A stretch of 64,000 nucleotides of DNA from Candidatus Nanoarchaeia archaeon (GTDB lineage Archaea > Nanobdellota > Nanobdellia > Woesearchaeales > JACPBV01). The translations under genes and the position numbers were made by a program. Positions 1-9,720 of the stretch are shown piece after piece. Below the pieces are notes generated by a model. The model was not told where the DNA came from, searched no databases, and saw nothing but the letters and a program-made list of their open reading frames with translations. Where the stretch lies: contig JANQNH010000007.1 in NCBI GenBank assembly GCA_028279655.1, forward strand, positions 35,338 through 99,337, written 5' to 3'. Every line of letters begins with the position of its first letter. Position 1 is the first letter of the stretch.

Positions 1-381
1 TATTCAGAACTAGTAGTTGATACAGCAACCAGAACAATGAGTGCTAAAGGAGTAGTAGATCCCATAAAATTAACTGATGACAATCAAGCATTGGTAGAGA
101 GAATTTTTAGTGCAGACTATGAAGTGATAATGGAACACCTATCAGCAGTAGGGGTAGAACAGATAAGGATTAAAGTCTACCACCCAACATCTGTAAATAA
201 GATGATTGGGAAAGCAAAGTTCATTGCACACCCAGTCCTAGCGTATTGTAATGAAAATGAACTTGTAATCGATGCCACAGGAGATGCTAGACTCATGCTA
301 CAGAATGGACACCCAGACGGTATGGGAAGAGAGCATCTTTCAAGCAGAAAACTTAGAAGGGCATATATCAAAAAAAAATAA
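1..381 (+). CDS. Hypothetical protein, 5'-truncated by window edge
   Basis: Frame 1 is open from base 1 through the ATG at 37 to TAA at 381; no motif recognised. Confidence 0.55.
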   Translation, partial: YSELVVDTATRTMSAKGVVDPIKLTDDNQALVERIFSADYEVIMEHLSAVGVEQIRIKVYHPTSVNKMIGKAKFIAHPVLAYCNENELVIDATGDARLMLQNGHPDGMGREHLSSRKLRRAYIKKK

Positions 382-396
382 AACCAATAAAAACTA

Positions 397-1005
397 TTAC
401 AACTGGCTTTTTCTATATTTTATCAAATCCTTTATGGTATAGATAGAAAGCTTGTGTTTCAAAACAAACTTCTCAAGATCAGGAAGCTTTGCCATTGTCC
501 CATCCTCATTCATAACCTCAGCAATAACAGCAGCTGGATACAATCCCCCTAACCTACAGAGATCCACAGCAGCCTCTGTATGGCCTTCTCTATCCAGGAC
601 ACCATTCTCAGCAGCTCTTAAAGGAAACATATGTCCAGGCCTTGCAAGATCCTCAGGCTTACTATCCCTATCCAACAATGCCTTGATCGTCTCCAACCTA
701 TCATTAACACTCATGCCAGTGGTAGTATTCTTCTTTGCATCCACAGAAACCGTAAACGGCGTATTGAACTTATCCGAGTTATCAGGCACCATAAGCGGTA
801 TTTCAAGCTCATCCAGCCTCTCTCCAGAGATAGGCACACACATCAGTCCTTTTGCCCATTGAAGAATATAATTAAGCTTAGAAGGTGTAACATTCTCAGC
901 AGCAACAACCAAATCTCCTTCATTCTCCCTGTTCTCATCATCCACAATAACAATAAAGTCACCTCTCTGAAGCTCCTTTATCGCATCCTCTATCTTTCCA
1001 AACAT
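397..1005 (-). CDS. ribB: 3,4-dihydroxy-2-butanone-4-phosphate synthase
   Basis: DDENRENEGD, FTVSVD, RPGHMFPL, GHTEAAVDL motifs. Confidence 0.97.
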   Translation of the reverse strand: MFGKIEDAIKELQRGDFIVIVDDENRENEGDLVVAAENVTPSKLNYILQWAKGLMCVPISGERLDELEIPLMVPDNSDKFNTPFTVSVDAKKNTTTGMSVNDRLETIKALLDRDSKPEDLARPGHMFPLRAAENGVLDREGHTEAAVDLCRLGGLYPAAVIAEVMNEDGTMAKLPDLEKFVLKHKLSIYTIKDLIKYRKSQL

Positions 1006-1073
1006 AGAAAAGGAAAAGACCAGGGCTATTTAAAAAAGTAATGTTTTTAGTTACCCGTTTTCAGGTTGTTACC

Positions 1074-2156
1074 CTAATTTAGATTCTGCAAAGCAACATA
1101 GGTATCTATGAGATAAGGAATATACTCAGATACAACATCAACATTAAACTTAGATCCATCACCTAAGTCTATAATTGGTTTCTTGCCTATACCAACCTTA
1201 TCCCCTCTGCCTGGAAGAAACCTGTTGTCGCCTACATTAGAAAAGATATTTCTGGGAAAATCACTGGAATTCAAAGCATCTACCCCTAGTTTAAAATCAC
1301 CATTAGCTATACATCCATTCACATAAGCCTCAAGTTTTTTATTAGATCCCATATATGTTGCTAATAAAAGTGATTCCTCCCCTCTTTCTTCTCTAACAGA
1401 AACAACAGTATAATGTTTATCCTTTCCTTTATCAATACATAAAATCCCTCCATGACTATAAGTATCTTTATCAATCATCCCCCTATGAGAAAATCTCTCT
1501 TTGGTTAATCCCTTCACATTCTCCACCAAATAAGATATCACCATCTGCTCTAGATGGGGCTTAACCAACCGCAAAGAATCTATATGCCTTAGATTTCCCT
1601 GTGTTACCAAAACATATTGTTCACCAGCCTCTCCAGAAGATCTTACCACTAGTGGTTCCTTATCAACACCATCAGACATTAATAAATCTCCTCCATCCAA
1701 CCTTAATCCATCCAAAAACATATCCTCTGTTTTCATTAAACTCAAAGTACTATTTGACAAGGCATCCGCAGCTTCCAAGTAAGAATTTTCAGATAAAAAT
1801 CTAGAAACCTCTGGCACAACAGAATTGGCATCCGGCTTTTCAAATCCTCTATACAGGATAGTATCCAATCGGTGCTCCTCTCTAGCATCCAATATAACAT
1901 ACATAAGACCAACCTGCTGATCCATACCAAAATCAACAACAAAAATCTTCTCAGGAAGATACTTAAACAATCCATGCATATATTCCGAAGCTTTCTGGAT
2001 AGGACCATAATCAATCCTGTCAAGAGCCCTGGCCAGATTGGTTTCCTCTCTTGATGGCTCTTTTCCTCTAAAAAAAGAACGAACTCGATCACTTTGACAC
2101 CCAACAGCCAGAGAAATATAAAAAGCTAACAACCACTTTAGAAATCTATTATCCAT
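1074..2156 (-). CDS. Hypothetical lipoprotein
   Basis: Basic N-terminus, hydrophobic stretch and LAVGC lipobox; GGTGAGGGTG SD before ATG 2156; directly downstream of ribD. Confidence 0.7.
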   Translation of the reverse strand: MDNRFLKWLLAFYISLAVGCQSDRVRSFFRGKEPSREETNLARALDRIDYGPIQKASEYMHGLFKYLPEKIFVVDFGMDQQVGLMYVILDAREEHRLDTILYRGFEKPDANSVVPEVSRFLSENSYLEAADALSNSTLSLMKTEDMFLDGLRLDGGDLLMSDGVDKEPLVVRSSGEAGEQYVLVTQGNLRHIDSLRLVKPHLEQMVISYLVENVKGLTKERFSHRGMIDKDTYSHGGILCIDKGKDKHYTVVSVREERGEESLLLATYMGSNKKLEAYVNGCIANGDFKLGVDALNSSDFPRNIFSNVGDNRFLPGRGDKVGIGKKPIIDLGDGSKFNVDVVSEYIPYLIDTYVALQNLN

Positions 2157-2171
2157 CACCCTCACCAGGTT

Positions 2172-3245
2172 CTAGAGATACCCTTCAATAAGGATATCCC
2201 TTCCAATCTTCCTATAATCTAAATCTTTTAACTTTATAGACTTATCAACCTTATTAATCCCAAGATCTCCAAGAGCACCCAATCCCTTTCCAATAAACTG
2301 AGGAGAAATAAAAAATAATACCTTATCTGTTATCCCTGATTTGATTGCTTCAGCATTAAGTTCTGCTCCTCCTTCAACCAATATTGAGCAGATATCTCTT
2401 TTCCCTAACTCCTTAACAAGCTGCTTTAGATCAACCTTTCCATTCTTTGCATCAACCACAAGTACATGAACGCCCTTCTGCAGTAATCTCTTGACCTTTG
2501 TCTTAGGTGCCTTCTTGGAAGTTGCAATTATAAGCTTAGATCCTTCATTCTTGATAATCTTTGCATTCGCATTGATTTTAAGTTTCGTATCCACCACAAT
2601 CTTTATAGGATTTCTACCCTTTACCAACCTAACAGTAAGCTGGGGATTATCCTTAAGAACAGTATTTATGCCTACCATAACAGCATCATACTCTGCCCTT
2701 AACTCATGGACAAACTTCCTTGCTTCCCTGCCAGTTATATACTTTGAATCCCCTGTCCTTGTAGCAATCTGCCCATCCAGGCTCATAGCTGCTTTTACAA
2801 CCACCAATGGTCTTTTAGACCTTATCCATTTGATATAAGGCTCATTAAGCTTCTTGGCCTCTTCTTCCAAAATACCTATCCTTGTCTTTATCCCCCTAAA
2901 CTTGAGTTCCTGATAACCATTAACCTTAGGATTAGGATCCTTCATAGCAACAACTACCTCCCTTACACCAGCAGAAACGATCTGCTCAGTACAAGGGGGG
3001 GTTCTTCCCCAATGACTACACGGCTCCAGATTTACATACATAATGCTGTCCTTAGCCTTCCTGCCAGCCTCCTTAAGGGCACACACCTCTGCATGAGCAT
3101 CCCCGCACTTCTTATGCCATCCTCTCCCTACTATCCTTCCTCTCTTAACTATAAGTGCTCCAACTAAAGGATTAGGGCTAACATCCCCCCTTCCTCTGGC
3201 AGCTAAGCTTAATGCTAATTCCATATACTTCCTATGTGATATCAT
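2172..3245 (-). CDS. ribD: Bifunctional diaminohydroxyphosphoribosylaminopyrimidine deaminase / reductase
   Basis: PNPLVG, HAE, LEPCSHWGRTPPC deaminase motifs plus SLDG...VEGG reductase domain; start trimmed to ATG 3245. Confidence 0.97.
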   Translation of the reverse strand: MISHRKYMELALSLAARGRGDVSPNPLVGALIVKRGRIVGRGWHKKCGDAHAEVCALKEAGRKAKDSIMYVNLEPCSHWGRTPPCTEQIVSAGVREVVVAMKDPNPKVNGYQELKFRGIKTRIGILEEEAKKLNEPYIKWIRSKRPLVVVKAAMSLDGQIATRTGDSKYITGREARKFVHELRAEYDAVMVGINTVLKDNPQLTVRLVKGRNPIKIVVDTKLKINANAKIIKNEGSKLIIATSKKAPKTKVKRLLQKGVHVLVVDAKNGKVDLKQLVKELGKRDICSILVEGGAELNAEAIKSGITDKVLFFISPQFIGKGLGALGDLGINKVDKSIKLKDLDYRKIGRDILIEGYL

Positions 3246-3347
3246 AGTAAGATTACCTAAATACCCCCATTTACAATAAGAAATAAGCACTGAGTATATA
3301 AAGATTTGTGGTTATTGGATAGGAGGAAAGAAATTTCACAATTAAGT

Positions 3348-4730
3348 TTACTTTGCTCCTCTCATAGTAGCTCCTCTTTCCAACTCACATGTCCATTTAT
3401 TTGCAATAAATTCAGAGTCCTTTCCAGAAAGTCTTTTTACTGGTCCGAATAAAGAAGCATATTTTTCAACCTGCAGGGTATCATTTACCATGATAGCTGC
3501 ATTTCGAGCTGCATTTGTTCTCTCTGCCATAGGATCCTCACTTTTTTCACTCACGTCACTCTTATAATGACCGCCAACAGTTGCAATACCAATCCCTTCA
3601 ATAACAAAGGTCCGAGAATACATATCCCCATATCCTTTTTCCACCTGTTCTTGAATGTCTCCTCTTAGCCTAAGAATATCTGTAGCATCGTTTATATCGA
3701 TATAATTATCAGACAATCCCGCAGACACAATTGAATCCGGAGAAGTTCTGGTAAAATATCCAGCAAGCCCTTTTGCTTTCTTAGACTGAGCATACTTTCT
3801 TGCCAGATCTGTGGTGTTAAGATACATAACTCCCTCTTCTGTAGTAAGCTTTATCAGATTCAATCCTGGCTCAACTATCTCTGTGTCATAGGTATAATCT
3901 CCACTTCCGTCAAATACCTTTTCATATATTGCTTCCATCGTATTCTTCACAATATCTTCTTTCAATTCCCCTTCGAATGTATCTTCCTTATTTTCACCAA
4001 AAGGATTTTTATCGAAATCATAACCACATTTTTTTCCCTGCTCTCTGATTATGTTCCAAGCTGTGCTTTCTAACTGTTCTCTGCGACTTTCCAAGGTTTT
4101 AAAATCAGGTGCAGCTATCCATGCTCCATGATTTTCTTGGATCACACCATACAACTCTCCTTTATGAGAAGGCATCATCTTCTGAACAGTCTGACCAAGC
4201 CCAATTCCAGGTATCTGGAATGGAACCTCTAGATATGTTTTCCCAAGTCCCTCATTTAATAGTTCCATTCCCCGCTGAGAAGATGTTAAGATTGAAAGAG
4301 AGGTTTTATGCGGATGATATACGATTACCTGCTCTGATCCGCTCCTTATATAATGGTCAGCAAGCAAAGCATGAACAGGATGTTCTATGGTATTTTTTTT
4401 GCCTTCTTGATTTAGAGCAGCTTGTTTTCTGCTTTCTTCATATTGGTCTTCCCTTATAGTATCGACTTTATCTGTAAACTTAGCCATATCATCAAAAGCC
4501 AGTGCACCTGAGGTTAAGGCCATCTTATCCAAGGTCAACTCACCAAAAGCCTTTCCACTAGGAGAACAAAGCATCTCTATTCCACTGCCTGGTACAGCAT
4601 CACTAAATTCCTGAGTCTTCCTAGAAAAAGAAACATTACCTCCTCCAGCAATACTCTCTCTATTCGATACGTTCCATTCGATTATCTGTTCTAACGGTGC
4701 CTGTGCCCATGTAAAATCTTCTCTTGGCAT
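3348..4730 (-). CDS. Class II aldolase/adducin-family protein (RhaD-like, divergent)
   Basis: GGGNVS, EHPVHA, HPH, ENHG metal-binding motifs; GGGGAG SD before ATG 4730. Confidence 0.7.
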   Translation of the reverse strand: MPREDFTWAQAPLEQIIEWNVSNRESIAGGGNVSFSRKTQEFSDAVPGSGIEMLCSPSGKAFGELTLDKMALTSGALAFDDMAKFTDKVDTIREDQYEESRKQAALNQEGKKNTIEHPVHALLADHYIRSGSEQVIVYHPHKTSLSILTSSQRGMELLNEGLGKTYLEVPFQIPGIGLGQTVQKMMPSHKGELYGVIQENHGAWIAAPDFKTLESRREQLESTAWNIIREQGKKCGYDFDKNPFGENKEDTFEGELKEDIVKNTMEAIYEKVFDGSGDYTYDTEIVEPGLNLIKLTTEEGVMYLNTTDLARKYAQSKKAKGLAGYFTRTSPDSIVSAGLSDNYIDINDATDILRLRGDIQEQVEKGYGDMYSRTFVIEGIGIATVGGHYKSDVSEKSEDPMAERTNAARNAAIMVNDTLQVEKYASLFGPVKRLSGKDSEFIANKWTCELERGATMRGAK

Positions 4731-4845
4731 ATGTCTCCCCCAAACCATCAAAACCAGCCAACATTTAAATACTTTTCCCCCCATAACCACTTTAAAATGA
4801 AAACGAAGAGAAAGATTTAAATATCAGCCACAAAATTAAGATATT

Positions 4846-6087
4846 ATGGGGGAAGAAAAGTATTATAGGATAATAACAGAATTAAATAGCTCAAAGCCAG
4901 AAGTAAGAGCAAAAGCACTAGATGAGTTAGCCACCCTTGAAAGATCCGAGATACCTGCACAAATTCTCATTAATGATCCAAATGGATCAGTAAATCTTCA
5001 TATGCATTCTATCTTTTCATATAATCCTTATGGTTGGTCTCCTGCAAGGTGTGTTTGGGAAGCTCTACTGGCAGGAGCAGAATACGTTGGAGGCGTAGAA
5101 TTTGACGTTCTTGATCACCTTGAAGAACTCTTTGAAGCAGGAGATAGATTCAACATTAAAGTGGTTGGTGGTGTGGAGACAAGGGTTTTTGCACCAGAAT
5201 TTGGTGGAAGAGTAATAAACTCCCCTGGTGAAGAAAACATAACCTATGCAATGGGGCACGCTATTCCAATAATTCCAAATGCAGATTCAGATGCAGGACA
5301 ATTTCTCGCTGACATGAAAGCAATGGCAAGAGAAAGAAACCTAGAGATACTAACAAAGGTTAATGCCCACTTAGGAGATATTGGTGCTATAGATTATGAG
5401 AATGAAGTTATTACACTAACACCAAAAGGAAATGCTACTGAAAGGCATATGGTCCAGGCCTATGAGAAAAAGGTTAGGGACCACTTTGGAGCAAATGTCA
5501 ATGGTCTTTGTGATTATTGGGCAGACAAGTTAAGTAACGAGAAGAAAAAAGTTACGCCTGATGATATAAGGCAGGTTCTAGCAGAAGATAAAAAACCTAA
5601 ATTATATAAGCTAATTAGAGGCCAATTGATGAAACAAGGTGGAGTTGGATATATTACACCTGATCCAAATAGCTTCCCTTTAATGACTAAATTCTTTGAA
5701 TGGATAAAAGAATGCAAAGGAATTCCAGTTGCTACATGGTTAAACGGTAATTCAGATGGAGAAAAGGATCCAACAGAACTACTAGGTATATATAAAGAAG
5801 CAGGTGCCGCAGCCCTAAACATCATTCCAGATAGAAATTTCAATCACGATTTCCCAGGAGGATGGCCTGCTAATGATCAAGATTATCAAAACCTTGTTGC
5901 TGTCATTGAAGCAGCAAAAGAATTAAATTGGCCAATATCTTTCGGAACAGAACTAAACACAGCAGGACATCGTGTCATGGATATCTGGGACTCACCAGCC
6001 CTAAAACCGTACAAGAAGTTTGCCTATGAAAGCGCACAGTTCTTTTATGAGCACTCTCAAAAACAAAGAGCTTTACTTCTTCAGTAA
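4846..6087 (+). CDS. PHP-domain (metal-dependent phosphoesterase-like) protein
   Basis: NLHMHS HxH motif, GVE, and C-terminal GTE in place of the usual GSD. Confidence 0.75.
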   Translation: MGEEKYYRIITELNSSKPEVRAKALDELATLERSEIPAQILINDPNGSVNLHMHSIFSYNPYGWSPARCVWEALLAGAEYVGGVEFDVLDHLEELFEAGDRFNIKVVGGVETRVFAPEFGGRVINSPGEENITYAMGHAIPIIPNADSDAGQFLADMKAMARERNLEILTKVNAHLGDIGAIDYENEVITLTPKGNATERHMVQAYEKKVRDHFGANVNGLCDYWADKLSNEKKKVTPDDIRQVLAEDKKPKLYKLIRGQLMKQGGVGYITPDPNSFPLMTKFFEWIKECKGIPVATWLNGNSDGEKDPTELLGIYKEAGAAALNIIPDRNFNHDFPGGWPANDQDYQNLVAVIEAAKELNWPISFGTELNTAGHRVMDIWDSPALKPYKKFAYESAQFFYEHSQKQRALLLQ

Positions 6088-6606
6088 ACTAACCGGCTGC
6101 TTCAAGGCATATTCTACTGCCTTATCAGTCAACCTATCTGTTACAACACCAATATTAAAGTAAACCTTCCATTTATCACTTACTGGATCTTTTGGAGTAT
6201 ACAGGCATTTTCCATTTGATGCATTAGCTAGCCTATCATAAAAAGGGATCGCATACTCGTTTTGCAGATCTGCCCTAAGCACATAGGCCTTACTGTTCTG
6301 ATGAATCTTCTCCATCAGATTCTTTGCAACCCCATTGTTCCTTTTGTCCTTACTGACAGCTAACTTATTAACATAATCAAATCCGAGATATCCATCCTCA
6401 CCTATAGCTTCCTGTACAATGGCAGCACCGACATACCTTTCATCTTCTTCAGCAATCACAACATATTTAGGATCAACAGCATCAAAAAAATCATCTACCA
6501 GCTTTCTCTCACACCCGTCACTAGAGAAAGCATCCTCTATGAGGTCTGTTAACTTCTTCTTATCTACCCAATTCCATCCATCTTCAGACATAGGATATTT
6601 TATCAT
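6073..6606 (-). CDS. GNAT acetyltransferase resembling the NAT (DUF619) domain of N-acetylglutamate synthase
   Basis: LTDLIEDAF...KLVDDFF, VGAAIV, YVNKLAV, RNNGVA, PFY motifs; near argF. Confidence 0.7.
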   Translation of the reverse strand: MIKYPMSEDGWNWVDKKKLTDLIEDAFSSDGCERKLVDDFFDAVDPKYVVIAEEDERYVGAAIVQEAIGEDGYLGFDYVNKLAVSKDKRNNGVAKNLMEKIHQNSKAYVLRADLQNEYAIPFYDRLANASNGKCLYTPKDPVSDKWKVYFNIGVVTDRLTDKAVEYALKQPVSLLKK

Positions 6607-6667
6607 AAACCAGAAAATCCCTAATCCACTTTTAAACCTATGGACCTATATAGAACAAAATAGACAA

Positions 6668-6686
6668 AAATGTCCCATATTAGACA
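6668..6686. promoter_or_regulatory. Putative operator AAATGTCCCATATTAGACA (TGTC-N8-GACA)
   Basis: 18/19 identical to 8362-8380; both lie 62-63 nt upstream of minus-strand starts. Confidence 0.5.
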
Positions 6687-6698
6687 TAAACAAATAAT

Positions 6699-7448
6699 CT
6701 AGAAAAACAACATCTTTATCGCAAAAGCAATCGCAACTACAATAAGTGGATATCTTATCCATGCGCTTCCTTTCTTTAAGGTTATACAGGAGCCGAACCA
6801 TGCACCTATAAAATAAAGGATAGCTATAGGTATGGCCAATTTGTAATCGATCAACCCCTTAGCTGCAAAGATTACCAAAGCAGGGATTGCTGCTCCGAAT
6901 TCCAGGAACCTTGCATTACCGATTGATTCCACAAATTCCTTCTTTAGCAATGAACTCAAGACCATAACAATCAATACGCTTGCTGCAGCTCCGTAAAAGC
7001 CATGATATATCCCTAAAAAGAAGAAAAGAATCACCGCCAATGTAACGTTTCTCTTTCTAATATCTATCTTTATAGGTTTAACACCAAAATTCCTATTAAA
7101 TAACATAAAACAAGCTATGATCAGCATCAAAACACCTATTACCTTCTGGAGTATGTGTTCCTTGGTTCCTATAACAAAAAAGCTGCCAAGGATACTTCCA
7201 AATACCATAACCATCGCAAAAGGCCAGCTAAACCTAAGATCCACCTTTCCTCCCCTAAGATAATTTACAAATACAAGGCCAAAAGAGATAGAGGTTAGCT
7301 TTGTAATGCCGATAACATGGTGTATATCAAGGCCCAGAAACAACAATCCAGGTATAAGTATAAGGTACGATCCACCTACCATGCCACCAACAATACCAGA
7401 TACAAATGCAATTATCGCAGCAAGAATCATACTCATTGGTTCCATCAT
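6699..7448 (-). CDS. TauE/SafE family permease
   Basis: About 8 hydrophobic helices, GMVGG and GIYHGFYG repeats; overlaps the argF stop. Confidence 0.85.
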   Translation of the reverse strand: MMEPMSMILAAIIAFVSGIVGGMVGGSYLILIPGLLFLGLDIHHVIGITKLTSISFGLVFVNYLRGGKVDLRFSWPFAMVMVFGSILGSFFVIGTKEHILQKVIGVLMLIIACFMLFNRNFGVKPIKIDIRKRNVTLAVILFFFLGIYHGFYGAAASVLIVMVLSSLLKKEFVESIGNARFLEFGAAIPALVIFAAKGLIDYKLAIPIAILYFIGAWFGSCITLKKGSAWIRYPLIVVAIAFAIKMLFF

Positions 7449-8299
7449 ATCTTCCCCATCAATCTAAGAAGCAATGCCTTCTGCGCATGCAGCCTGTTCT
7501 CTGCCTGGTCAAATACTATGCTTTGGGAAGAATCAAGAACCTCATCCGTAACCTCATAACCTCTATAAGCAGGCAGGTTATGCATAAACAATGCCTTTCC
7601 TAATAGTTTCTTATTAACCTGATAAGGTCTAAAGACCTTTAATCTTTTTGCTTTCTCTTTCTCCTGGCCCATACTTATCCATGTATCTGTATAGACAACA
7701 TCTGCACCCTTAACAGCCTTAACTTCGTCTGTCAATAGGTCAGGATTCTCAATCGGCTCATAGCCTTTTGGAACAGCCACACTGATCTTAATCCCTACCT
7801 TCCTACATCCAAGGATAAGGCTATTACATACATTATTCCCATCACCAACCCAAGAAACCTTTAATCCCTTGAACTTACCAAACCGCTCCTTGATTGTTAA
7901 TAGGTCAGCAAGTGTCTGGCATGGATGATACCTGTCACTTAAAGCATTGATCACTGGCTTACTGCTGTTCTCAGCCATCACCTCGATCTTTTTATGCCCA
8001 TAGACCCTGGCCATAATAACATCAACATACCTGGATATACACTTAATCTCATCCTTAATGTCTGCCTTGCCCAGCTGAGTACTGCTCCAATCAATAAACA
8101 GTGCATGCCCCCCTAACTGCGCCATACCTGCCTCAAAGCTTATCCTTGTCCTTGTTGAGGTTTTCTCAAAAAGCATAGCAAGGGTCTTTCCCTTTAGCAC
8201 CTTATAGTACTTTTCAGGATCCTCTTTGATCAACATAGCCTCATCGATTAGATGCAGTATATCTTCCTTATCCCAATCCTTTAACGTAATCAGGTCCAT
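7445..8299 (-). CDS. argF: Ornithine carbamoyltransferase
   Basis: STRTR, HPCQ, DTWISMG, HNLP (for HCLP) motifs. Confidence 0.93.
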   Translation of the reverse strand: MDLITLKDWDKEDILHLIDEAMLIKEDPEKYYKVLKGKTLAMLFEKTSTRTRISFEAGMAQLGGHALFIDWSSTQLGKADIKDEIKCISRYVDVIMARVYGHKKIEVMAENSSKPVINALSDRYHPCQTLADLLTIKERFGKFKGLKVSWVGDGNNVCNSLILGCRKVGIKISVAVPKGYEPIENPDLLTDEVKAVKGADVVYTDTWISMGQEKEKAKRLKVFRPYQVNKKLLGKALFMHNLPAYRGYEVTDEVLDSSQSIVFDQAENRLHAQKALLLRLMGKI

Positions 8300-8361
8300 A
8301 GGAAAATCAGAGATACCATAATATTTAAAGCTATTGAATAGTTAAAAGAAAGATTGAACAT

Positions 8362-8380
8362 AAATGTCCCATATTGGACA
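8362..8380. promoter_or_regulatory. Putative operator AAATGTCCCATATTGGACA
   Basis: Second copy of the 6668 motif, in the argF/purA divergent intergenic region. Confidence 0.5.
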
Positions 8381-8429
8381 ACACAAAAAACGAAGTTTTT
8401 ATATATGCCCTATTTTTCTTTATTTTATT

Positions 8430-9710
8430 ATGGCAAAAACAATAGTCGTCATAGGCGGCCAATGGGGAGATGAAGGAAAAGGAAAGCTAGTCGATTTCTT
8501 AGCAAAACAGGCTGACGTCATAGCAAGGGCAACAGGCGGAAATAATGCAGGCCATACGGTTGTAGTCGAAGACCAAAAATTCAAGTTTCACTTGCTTCCT
8601 TCAGGAACAATACATAAAGGAAAGCTTAATATCTGCGGCAATGGCATGGTCATCTACCCAAAACAGATAATAAAGGAAATTAACACACTAGAAGAAAAAG
8701 GATTCACACTCACAGATAAAGAGTTAGCAGTAAGCTCTTCTTCTCACGTCATTACAGAAGAACAGATTCAAAAAGATCTAGCTACAGGAAAGAAAGTTGG
8801 CACAACAGGCAGAGGCATAGGCCCCTGCTATATGGCAAAGATAGAAAGAACAGGCCTAAGGATGTCAGAGTTCATAAAGGAAGACAATGAAGAAGCAAAC
8901 AGACTAGCTCCATTTGTAAAAGATACATATACCTTAATAAACCAGGCATTAGAAGACAAAAAAAACATACTTATCGAAGGAGCCCAGGGAACAATGCTTG
9001 ACATAGATCATGGCACATACCCTTATGTAACCTCCTCCAATCCAACCGCAGGAGGACAGTGTTCAGGATTGGGAATAGGGCCTACAAAGATAGATGATGT
9101 CATAGCGATAATAAAAGCATACACTACCAGGGTTGGAAGGGGGCCTTTCACAACAGAACTAGGCACAGATGAACAAACAACAGAAGAGGGTACATGGGAC
9201 AAGATAGAGCCAAACTTTGAGGAACAGCTGAAACAGGCAGCAGAAAAAGGCAATGGAGGGGACGAATACCACCAGGGAAAATACCTCAGGCTCATGGGCA
9301 GGGAATATGGAACCACTACCGGAAGACCAAGAAGAACAGGTTGGTTTGATGGAGTAGTTGCCAGATATGCAAGAAGGATAAATGGACTGACAACCTTTGC
9401 ACTTACAAAACTTGATTGTTTTCAGGATCTAGACAAGATCAAGCTTTGCACCCATTATGAGATAGACGGAGAGAAGACCAAGGACTTTCCCACAGACCTT
9501 GAGGAACTGAAGAAGGCAAAACCGATTTATGAGGAGATGGATGGATGGAAATCAGACATATCAGAAGCAAAGACCTTTGAAGACCTCCATGAAAACTGCC
9601 AAAAATACGTCAAAAGGATAGAAGAACTGACAGGAGTTCCAATGTGTATTGTTTCTGTCGGACCAAAAAGATCACAGACAATTATTCTTAAGAAAGAGCA
9701 CCTATTCTAA
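8430..9710 (+). CDS. purA: Adenylosuccinate synthetase
   Basis: QWGDEGKGK, GGNNAGHT, EGAQG, GTYPYVTSS, TTGRPRR, LTKLD; start trimmed to ATG 8430. Confidence 0.98.
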   Translation: MAKTIVVIGGQWGDEGKGKLVDFLAKQADVIARATGGNNAGHTVVVEDQKFKFHLLPSGTIHKGKLNICGNGMVIYPKQIIKEINTLEEKGFTLTDKELAVSSSSHVITEEQIQKDLATGKKVGTTGRGIGPCYMAKIERTGLRMSEFIKEDNEEANRLAPFVKDTYTLINQALEDKKNILIEGAQGTMLDIDHGTYPYVTSSNPTAGGQCSGLGIGPTKIDDVIAIIKAYTTRVGRGPFTTELGTDEQTTEEGTWDKIEPNFEEQLKQAAEKGNGGDEYHQGKYLRLMGREYGTTTGRPRRTGWFDGVVARYARRINGLTTFALTKLDCFQDLDKIKLCTHYEIDGEKTKDFPTDLEELKKAKPIYEEMDGWKSDISEAKTFEDLHENCQKYVKRIEELTGVPMCIVSVGPKRSQTIILKKEHLF

Positions 9711-9720
9711 TATAAAAAAA

